The notes beneath the pieces were generated by a model that ran no database searches, was not told where the DNA came from, and saw only the letters and a list, made by a program, of their open reading frames with translations. From positions 26,040,001-26,104,000 of the forward strand of contig OZ024757.1 of the NCBI GenBank assembly GCA_964016885.1: DNA of 64,000 bases, given 5' to 3'. A program made the translations under genes and the position numbers. How positions within the stretch are numbered: position 1 is the first letter of the stretch; every line of letters begins with the position of its first letter. Shown in pieces: positions 54,964 to 64,000 of this stretch. The stretch is from Eledone cirrhosa. Lineage: Eukaryota.

Positions 54964-55715
54964 GGCGGTAGTAGTAGTGGTGGTAGTAGTAGTAGTGGTG
55001 GTGGTGGAAGCAGCAATGAAACCAAATGGTGCAATGAGTCGCCTTAAACACAATATCAATGCAATACTATAATGGCCTGGCATTGTTTCTTCATGTGCAA
55101 TATCTACCACCACCACCACCTACTAACATCGTTACAGGGCCCCTAACACTACCCCCCACCACCACCTACTAACATAGTTATAGGGCCCCTAACACTACCC
55201 CACCCCCCACCTACTAACATCGCTACATGGCCCCTAAACTACTGCCCCCCCCCCACTACTAACATCGTTACATGGCCCCTAAACTAACCCCCCCACCACC
55301 TACTAACATCGCTACATGGCCCCTAAACTAACCCCTCCTCCACCACCTAGCATTTCTACTGACCCCCCCCCCCCCTCCGACTAGCACAACCACTACCACC
55401 ACTGCTACTACTACCACCACTACTACTACTACCACTACCACCACCACTGCTACTAGTACCACTACCACCACCACTGCTACTACTACCACCACTACTACTA
55501 CTACTACCACTACCACCACCACTGCTACTAGTACCACTACCACCACCACTGCTACCACTACCACCACTGCTACTACTACCACTACCACGACCACGACCAG
55601 AGCCACCACTGCTACTAGTACCACTACTACTACCACCACTGCTACTACTACCACTACCACCACCACTGCTACTACTACCACTACCACCACCACTGCTACT
55701 ACTACCACTACTGCA
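54776..55715. repeat. (GTA/GTG)n block, 43 bp minisatellite and complementary (ACT/ACC)n block
   Basis: Directly visible; source of the poly-V/T/H/P ORFs. Confidence 0.92.
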
Positions 55716-55875
55716 CTACCTCTCCTATGTACATATTACTTCAACTTTACATAATATATTAACTGGACAAACAACTCACAACAAAGACAATAACACTCAC
55801 AACCCACACACACATGTATCCATTATATATGTATATATCTCTCTCTCTCTGTCTATATATATACACACACACATA

Positions 55876-55974
55876 CAGGATGTCCCCCAATAATATATAC
55901 ACATTTTGATTACCTGTACAGGCAACATTTATTAGAATGCTGATGGGATGTGTATACACTTTGGGGACATCCTG
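55876..55974. mobile_element. Tc1/mariner-type MITE
   Basis: TA|CAGGATGTCCCC...GGGGACATCCTG|TA terminal inverted repeats with TA target duplication. Confidence 0.75.
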
Positions 55975-55984
55975 TATACATATA

Positions 55985-56021
55985 TACCTATATACACTCT
56001 CATACATTATATATACATACA

Positions 56022-56062
<41 letters not shown>

Positions 56063-56497
56063 TCTCTCATACATTATATATATATACACCAATATATATA
56101 TATATATATACACACACACTCTCTCGTACATTATATTTACATACACCAATATCATCATCAACGTTTAACGTCCGTGTTCCACGCTTGCATGGGTTTGGAT
56201 ATATATCTATATATATATACATACACACACTCTCTCATACATTATATATACATACACCAATATATATATATATATACACACACTCTCTCATACATTATAT
56301 ATATACATACACCAATATATATATACACACACACTCTCTCGTACATTATATATACATACACCAATATATATATATATATATATACACACACTCTCTCGTA
56401 CATTATATATACATACACCAATATATATATATATACACACACTCTCTCATACATTATATATATACATACACCAATATATATATACTCTCGTACACCA

Positions 56498-56536
<39 letters not shown>

Positions 56537-56561
56537 CTCTCATACATTATATATACATACA

Positions 56562-56596
<35 letters not shown>

Positions 56597-56750
56597 GCAC
56601 ACTCTCATACATTATATATACATTCACCAATATATATATATACACACACACACACTCTCTCATACATTATATATACATACACCAATATATATATATATAC
56701 ACACACTCTCTCATACATTATATATACATACACCAATATATATATATATA
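55985..56750. repeat. ~48 bp compound minisatellite (CTCTCATACATTATATATACATACACCAA plus TA/CA runs)
   Basis: Directly visible; interrupted at ~56150-56200 by an RTE 3' tail. Confidence 0.9.
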
Positions 56751-58093
56751 TAATATTAATTCAAAATATTAACAAAATAGATATTCTTGTGATCAATTAT
56801 ATTTTATTATACATATTTCAGAGGTACTGAGTTAAGTTCAACAGTACGTCCTCGTCAGATAAAATAAAATAATACATGACATACCCTGACATATTAGATG
56901 GTTAAGATTTAGTCATGGTAGTGATTAACTTATGACAAAACTCAATATTTATACCCTAATATTGAGAACATGAGATAACATAATACAAACAATAAAGAGG
57001 GTGTGTGTAATAGAGTTTAAGAGATACATGGCATCAATATAACAGTTATAACATTTTTAATTTTAAAAACTACTAGAGAAAGAGGAGGGAAAGGAAAGCA
57101 TTGAGGAAGAAACAGCTGATGTGATACAATATTTAGTAGGTGGCTTGAAAAAACGGATGAAAGATGATTAAAGAAAGAGAGAGAGAGACAAAGGGGAGTA
57201 ATTTATGTTCAATTTTATATACACAGATATCCATATTTGTAACACATGTCCAAAATAATATAGTTGGCGGTTAATTTTCAAAATATTTAATTTAAGATAT
57301 TTCAGGGTAATGAATAATATTTAGAAATTAAACATCCATACCATTACTGGTGGTGGCCACACAGGTAAAACAGGTATGTATTCAGATATAACCCCCATAT
57401 GCCCATTACCACCCCAGGTTCTACTTTTACTGAAAAGCATTGAAAGGTTCAGTTTGGGTATCGATTCATTTACCCATCCCTTCATCTACCTATCTACTGT
57501 GTGTGTGGAGAGAGAGAAAGAAAGAGAAAGAGATGAGAACGAGAGAGAGAGGAAGTGAGAGAGAGAGAGAGGAAGTGAGAAAGGGAGAGATACAGAGGAA
57601 GATCTGAACCCAGTACTGGACTAGTAATTTTTTTTTTATCAATCTCAAAGAGATGAAAGGCAAAGTTGACCTCGGCAAGATTTGAGCACATAGAGCTGGA
57701 AAGAACACTGCAAAGCATTCTATCCAATGTCTTAACAACTCTGTTAATTCACCTCCTAGACAAGGGGCCGGAGACTCCCGGCCAGTGGGCCACATTCAGC
57801 CCACCAAGTTTCAGTCTTAGGCTGAATTATTTTGGATTAGAATACCGACTAGAGAACATATCTAGCCACAAGACTCACTTAGCTGAACGTAATTTTTTGC
57901 ATGACAGTAACAAACAGGCAAAACAAGTATCTCATTAAACAATTTACCATTTCTGTCTGTGTTTTATTTCTAGTAAGGAATGTCATTAAAGTAATATCAC
58001 ATAAATTTCATTGTTCTTTAACTCTTTAACATCTGAGATTTTGTTTTGAAACGGTTAAGCCATGATCCCTAATTCTGGCTGGATACAGCCAGT

Positions 58094-58288
58094 TTAACCC
58101 TTTAGCATTTACATTACTCTACATTTACTATTATATTTTCATGGTAAAAGCTTTACCTCACATAATATCGAATCTATGGGATTTTGATGTTATTTATTTG
58201 AGAACAATACCTTAACATCAGTATGGGTGGCCAGTTTGAACAGAAAGAGGTGAGAGAATTATGGCTGGTTTAAATGCTAAAAGGTTAA
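58094..58288 (+). mobile_element. piggyBac-like MITE, complete
   Basis: TTAA-CCCTTTAGCATTTA ... TAAATGCTAAAAGG-TTAA. Confidence 0.78.
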
Positions 58289-58339
58289 ATCCTAGGATTA
58301 AGGTAGTCTTCTGGACAGAGCAATCTGAAGCCGAGCAAA

Positions 58340-59165
58340 TTTATTACATTTTGATATCATGGCCCACCGATGAGACACTGCATAGGAATATGGCCAACTG
58401 AGACATTTCATAGCAATGTGGCCTACCAACAAGACACTCCATAGCTATGTAGCCTACCAACAAGACACTCCATAGCTATGTGGCCTGCAGACAAGACAGT
58501 CCATAGCTATGTGGCCTGCTGACAAGACATTACATAGCTATGTGGCCTACCAACAAGACACTGCATAGCTATGTGGCCTGCTGACAAGATACTTCTTAGC
58601 TATGTGGCCTGCTGACAAGACACTGCATAGCTATGTGGCCTACCAACAAGACACTGCATAGCTATGTGGCCTGCTGACAAGATACTTCTTAGCTATGTAG
58701 CCTGCCAATGAGACACTGCATAGCTATGTGGCCTGCTGACAAGATACTTCTTAGCTATGTGGCCTGCTGTCAAGACACTACATAGCTATGTGGCCTGCTG
58801 ACAAGACATTACATAGCTATGTGGCCTACCAACAAGACACTCCATAGCTATGTGGCCTGCAGACAAGACACTCCATAGCTATGTGGCCTGCAGACAAGAC
58901 ACTCCATAGCTATGTGGCCTGCCAACAAGACACTCCATAGCTATGTGGCCCGCTGAGGAGACACTCCATAGCTATGTGGCCCGCTGAGGAGACACTCCAT
59001 AGCTATGTGGCCCGCTGAGGAGACACTCCATAGCTATGTGGCCCGCTGAGGAGACACTCCATAGCTATGTGGCCCGCGGAGGAGACACTCCATAGCTGTG
59101 GCCTGCTGACAAGACACTACATAGCTATGTGACTTGCCAATGAGACACTGCATAGCTATGTGGCT
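58340..59165. repeat. 30 bp minisatellite, ~27 copies
   Basis: CATAGCTATGTGGCCTGCTGACAAGACACT-type units. Confidence 0.95.
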
Positions 59166-59251
59166 CACACATCCCAAAAGATTGCTGACCCCTGTTCTAT
59201 ACCATCATCATCATCATCATCATCATGAACACAAAACGAAACAGAACTTAC

Positions 59252-59395
59252 CATAACTCTGGCCCACATCAGAGTTGTATGGACAGTGATGTCTTTGGAA
59301 TTACGTACTTTCCACCAAAGATATGCTGAACCCAGTAACATAATACCAAATGCTCGAACCATGAACAAGTGGACTCCATCCACACGAACTTCGAC
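59252..59395 (-). CDS. Same gene, most 5' exon found
   Basis: TTTTACAG|GTC...ATG|GTAAGT, 144 nt. VEVRVDGVHLFMVRAFGIMLLGSAYLWWKVRNSKDITVHTTLMWARVM. The five exons join in frame to 238 aa. Confidence 0.85.
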
Positions 59396-60495
59396 CTGTA
59401 AAAGACAGAACAGAGGTGTAAATAAAATAAAAGGCTAGAATATAGCGCCAAGGGTTTTCAGGTTAAGAAGGAGGGTGTCATCATCATCATCACCATTTTA
59501 CGTCCATTCTTCCACGCTAACATGGGTTAGCAAGTTGGGTCAGGTGACTGTGTCTCTCGCATATACAAGAGTTTCTGGTTGGTTTTCTACAGCTGGATGC
59601 CCTTCCTAAAGTGTATATATATATTTATTAAATGTACAGAATGTTCTTAAACTAGTCCTTATCAAGCCCTCTTCTTTAGTCTTCACATTTATTATTACTA
59701 TCTATCTCTATATATATATAGTTGTGTGTGGGTGTGTGTATTTATATATATACACACACATCACTAGAGAGGTTATTCTGCCCTTGACATGACAAAAGGA
59801 TCGACCTGACCTTTTAGTCCTGCCAAAAGACTACTACTAAAAGTAGATTATTAACTGGTGATGCCAGTTAAGGAATAAATAGGCGAGAGAAATTCTACAG
59901 CTCACCATACAGTATAATGAATTAATTCTCTATACAAATATATATATATATATATATATATGTAGCTCTGAACTTCTGATACTTTTTGGTTATCAGACCC
60001 TGCTTGTTCTCCCTCAAGTGTTTACAACACCCAAATTATTTTAGTAAAAGACTCAATATATATATTTATATAAAATGGCGTTGGTGAAATAACAGCCTTA
60101 CATTACAGGAAATTGTGAAACTATTGTTGCAAAAAAAATTAACAGAAAAACAAAATGATGGTAAATAAAATGATAGAGGAAGAGGGAAAAGGTGAGAGAG
60201 AGGGTAAGGGTGAGAGAGAGAGTAGGGGTGCGAGAGAGAGAGTAGGGGTGAGAGTAAAGATATATGTAGAATGAGTCCAACCCTTGCAAGCAGGGAAAAG
60301 CAGCTGTAAAATGATGATGATGATGATGATGAAATGATAGAGGAGAAAGAGAGGTAGAAAGAGAGTTATATCTTTATTACCATCTGTCTAAGAAGTAGGA
60401 GCTCCCCCCACCCCATACATACGCACATACAATTTTTAAAAATGTCTCGCATTCCCTTTAATACACCATGTATGTATATTTTATATATATATATA

Positions 60496-61088
60496 CATCA
60501 TCATCATCACCGTTTTACCTTCGTTCTTCCACGCTAGCATGGGTTAGACGGGTTGTCCTGTTGTGGACAGTGTCCGGTCGGTTGACCATGCCTTGCTCAT
60601 ATGGCAACAGATTCTGGCTTGATTTCTACAGCTGGATGCCCTTCCTAACACCAACCTCATTTACAGTGAGTGCTGGGTGCTTTTTCCGTGGCCCCTACAC
60701 GTCCACTTTACTGTGTGGGCTGGGTGCTTTTTTGCCGTGGCACCTCACAACCACTTTGCAGTGGGAGGGTGTGGGGCCATATTGTCTATATGCTTCAGCT
60801 TCGGCTTGTACCCATGGGGGGGGGGGGGTCTTCTGTATTACTGCGGGACGCCAGAGGTCACGGTCGTGTGTCATCACCTTTGAGAGGTGTAATTGGGTAA
60901 GGTCGGTTTTTATCACCTCATCCCAGGTCTTCTTGGGTCTCCCCACTTCGCGGTTTCCATCGACTTCTAGTGCTCTGCACACTTTTATGCAGCTGTCATC
61001 CTTCATATGCATCACATGTCCATACCAACGCAACCGCCTCTCCTGCACACAGCATTTGATTCCTCTTATGCTCAGTCTCTCTCTCCAT
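60496..61088 (-). mobile_element. 5'-truncated RTE LINE (same family as 19788-23300)
   Basis: RERLSIRGIKCCVQERRLRWYGHVMHM...GRPKKTW plus matching 3' UTR and (GAT)n tail; flanked by (TA)n. Confidence 0.9.
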
Positions 61089-61193
61089 TCATATATATAT
61101 ATATATAATATGTATAAACAGAAATAACAACATAATCGGTACAGTATATGGAAGGGATATATTAGGTTCACGCTTGATATAGCAGGAAGAGGG

Positions 61194-61229
61194 TCTTAAC
61201 GTTTTGGACGCTGGTCCTTCACCAGAAGA
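61194..61229 (-). ncRNA. Degenerate minimal type I hammerhead ribozyme (Penelope-like remnant)
   Basis: Minus strand TCTT-CTGgTGA-A-GGAC(CAGC)GTCC-aAAA-CG-TT-AAGA. Stems intact, two core substitutions. Confidence 0.55.
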
Positions 61230-61446
61230 AAGAATGAGAAATAAAATAGATTGAAGGGACGGGTGGGGTGGAATTGGAAAAAATGTATTTAGATAAAATA
61301 ACAGGTCCATTCATGGTGACATCTCTTATGTGCATGTATATTTATATATGTGTGTGTGTATGTATTATATACATATATATATATGTATATATGCCCCAGC
61401 ATGGCTGGAACAGGTAAAAGAGTATATATATATATATATATGTATA

Positions 61447-62129
61447 CAGGGTGAGAACGAGAGTTGTTTGCAATTTTCAACTGCTAATTTTATGCAAATT
61501 TTTTTTACTTCAGTTGTCACTCTTGTCTTCATAAAAACAGTGACTATATTTCCATTATTTATTTTCAGAATAATTGATTATGAATAATTTTGAACCTCCA
61601 AATTTGTGGAATCCGCGCCGGGAGGACAAATAAGGAAATTTCAGACTTTCTCAGCGTCAGCAGGAGAATGGTGGAAAAGGTCAGAAAGGAATTGGAAGAT
61701 TCAGGATTCGACTACGAAGCAACATCAGAGAGGAAAACACATGATCGACGATATGACGCCTTCAGAACGCCCGAGTTTGTCGCTGAAGTTCAGGATATCA
61801 TCAACAATGAACCCAGCAAGTCGATGCGTGCCTTTGCAAGGGAGAAAGGCGTGGATGAAAAGCTCATTAGGCTGGTGGTACATGAAGGCATTCACTACAT
61901 TTCATACAAGATGAGGAAAGGACAATTTCTGTCAAAGGCGATGCAAGAAAAGCGACTGAAGCATGCAAAGAAGCTGATCAACAAGTTGAAACACCCACTG
62001 AAGCCAAACATGCTGTGGTTTTTCTCCGACGAGAAAAACTTCTGCCAAGACCAGAGGATTAAAAAATAAAACTACTGTGTTATTTTTTCCTAGACAGTAA
62101 TCTTGCGAGCAAATATCGTCCGCACCCTG
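61447..62129 (+). mobile_element. Internally deleted Tc1/mariner transposon (DD37D/maT-like) with transposase N-terminal half
   Basis: TA|CAGGGTG...CACCCTG|TA with ~27 bp imperfect TIRs. ORF 61590-62069 has paired HTH motifs and WFFSDEKNF (first catalytic Asp). Confidence 0.88.
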
Positions 62130-62757
62130 TATATATATATATAGATATGTATGTGTGTGCATGTGTTATATATCTACATACACACACACATATCATCATC
62201 AACCATAATTGCATAGTAACACATGCTGTCATGTGTATTACACAGCTGGTCAAATCAGATGACCACATCTTGCACATACGACCTATATTTACTTGCTTTT
62301 CTACGGCTGGATTCCCTTTCTAATGCCAACCACAATTCAGTGGGTACCAGGAACTTTTTCTCATGGCACTACCATGACCACCTTACAGAGTGGACTGGGT
62401 GCTTTTTTTGTCATGGTACCAGTACTATTTCCTTATAGGGTGTACTGGGTACATTTTGTCATAGCACCAACCAGTACTACCAGCTTATTACCATCTTATT
62501 AGTGAGTACTGAGAACTTTTTCTCGGCTGGCAAAAGACAAACCACTAACTTTATTGATATACTTCAGAGAAACTCCAGTCTGAAGTCTGAAGACATTTTT
62601 GGAGTGGTGGAGGATATATAAACAGTGAAGATGGAGTGAGACATCTGGCATAAATCTGTTACTCTAATTCAATTGTTGGTTTGGTGTCAATTTCTCTATG
62701 TTTAAGTTAAGGTAATTAACAGTTTACACAGACATTACATATATATACACATATATA

Positions 62758-62832
62758 CAGTGTCACCCAAAAATGTATACATACTTCAGCAGCATTCTAA
62801 TAAAAGTGTGTATACATTTTTGGGACACCTTG
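62758..62832. mobile_element. Tc1/mariner-type MITE related to 55876-55974
   Basis: TA-flanked CCCAAAAATGTATACA...TGTATACATTTTTGGG arms; shares CAGCATTCTAATAAA core with the 55.9 kb copy (opposite strand). Confidence 0.65.
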
Positions 62833-63364
62833 TATATACACACACACACACATATCATCATCAACGTTTAACGTCCGTGTTCCACGCTTGCATGGGTTTG
62901 GACGGGGGTATTCCCACTTGAGGCAAGAGTGATTGTCTTGCTCGCATAGGACTGTCTGGCAGGTTTTCTACAGTTGGATGCCCTTCCTAACACCAACCAC
63001 ATTTACAGTGTGGGTCTGGGAGGTTTTTACCGTGTTGCCTACACGGCCACATTACAGCGTGGACTGTGTGTTTTTTTGTCGTGACACCTACACGATCTCA
63101 TTTGTTTCGGCCTATATATATAAATGTAATCTGAGTTTTTCGAATATTAATAAATTGTTTCTACTTTTGGCACCATGCCAGCAATTACCCAGTGTATTAC
63201 TGGTACTTTATTTTATCGACCCCGTAAGGATGAAAGGCAAAGTTAACCTCGGCGGGATTTGAACTCAGATCGTAAAGGGACGTAACTCTATGCTTCAAAG
63301 CATGGTGTCAGACCCTCTACCGATACTGCCAATCCACGAAAATATATAATATTTTCTAAAATAT

Positions 63365-63670
63365 ACAGTGACTGATTTGTATATCAGCAGACTGGCTGAT
63401 CAGTCAGATCTGCATATTAGCAGATCCACTGATCAGCCAGATTTGTATATCAGCTAACTGGCTGATCAGTCAGATCTGCATATTAGCAGATCCACTGATC
63501 AGCCAGATTTGTATATCAGCAGACTGGCTGATCAGTCAGATCTGCATATTAGCAGATCCACTGATCAGCCAGATTTGTATGTCAGCTGACTGGCTGATCA
63601 GTCAGATCTGCATATTAGCAGATCCACTGATCAGCCAGATTTGTATGTCAGCTGACTGGCTGATCAGTTT
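63365..63670. repeat. 62 bp minisatellite rich in CTGATCAG/CAGATCTG palindromes, ~5 copies
   Basis: Directly visible. Confidence 0.92.
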
Positions 63671-63854
63671 CCTGTATATGAGCGATCAATCGCCGGCTTT
63701 GCAATATTCAAAAGAAAAATACACAAACAAACCAATTCCGCTCTACATGGCTCAATACAATAAATGTAATCTGAGTTTTTCAAATATTAATAACTGTTTC
63801 TACGTTTGGCACAAGGCCAGCAATTATCCCAGTGTATTAGTGGTACTTTATTTT

Positions 63855-64000
63855 GGAGGTGGTGATGATGGTGTGTTGGAGGTGGTGATGATGATGGTGT
63901 TGGAGGTGGTGGTGGTGATGGTGTTGGAGGTGGTGATGATGGTGTTGGAGGTGGTGGTGATGATGGTGTTGGAGGTGGTGATGATGATGGTGTTGGAGGT
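63855..64000. repeat. (GGT/GAT)-rich minisatellite
   Basis: TGGAGGTGGTGATGATGGTGT units to the window end. Confidence 0.9.

Larger units (their letters stand above)
57762..59194. mobile_element. hAT/Charlie-type non-autonomous element with nested piggyBac MITE and expanded minisatellite
   Basis: Left end AAGGGGCCGGAGACTCCCGGCC..GGGCCACATTCAGCCC, right end GATTGCTGACCCCTG. Flanks TCCTAGAC / TTCTATAC fit a decayed 8 bp NTCTAGAN target duplication. Confidence 0.6.

Noticed and set aside
54628-55708. Poly-T/V/H/P ORFs (mucin-like)
   Set aside because: Trinucleotide microsatellites inside an intron, without splice context.

Overview
Repeat-saturated, AT-rich metazoan genomic DNA. The SINE/RTE families and giant (TA)n arrays suggest a cephalopod, probably Octopus (inference). 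Two spliced protein-coding genes can be reconstructed. The first is a complete two-exon DNLZ (Hep1/Zim17, DNL zinc finger) gene on + (11104-11456, 14000-14087; 146 aa). The second is the last five exons (all phase 0) of a minus-strand multipass membrane protein built from two TP53I11-like units (59395 to 47308; 5' exon(s) not found). Between them is a ~23 kb rearranged block (19.4-42.1 kb). It has long inverted arms, one carrying a ~3.5 kb RTE LINE and the other the empty site. The arms enclose a B-box/octamer-rich degenerate array and a 3.1 kb higher-order tandem duplication. Other content: hammerhead-ribozyme motifs of the Penelope type (one with an intact core at 45200-45274), a deleted Ty3/Gypsy element with LTR and tRNA-Trp PBS, a deleted Tc1/mariner transposon, piggyBac-, hAT- and Tc1-type MITEs, palindromes and many mini/microsatellites. 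The long Ile/Tyr-rich ORFs in the track are microsatellite artefacts. Family assignments come from recalled motifs, not database searches.
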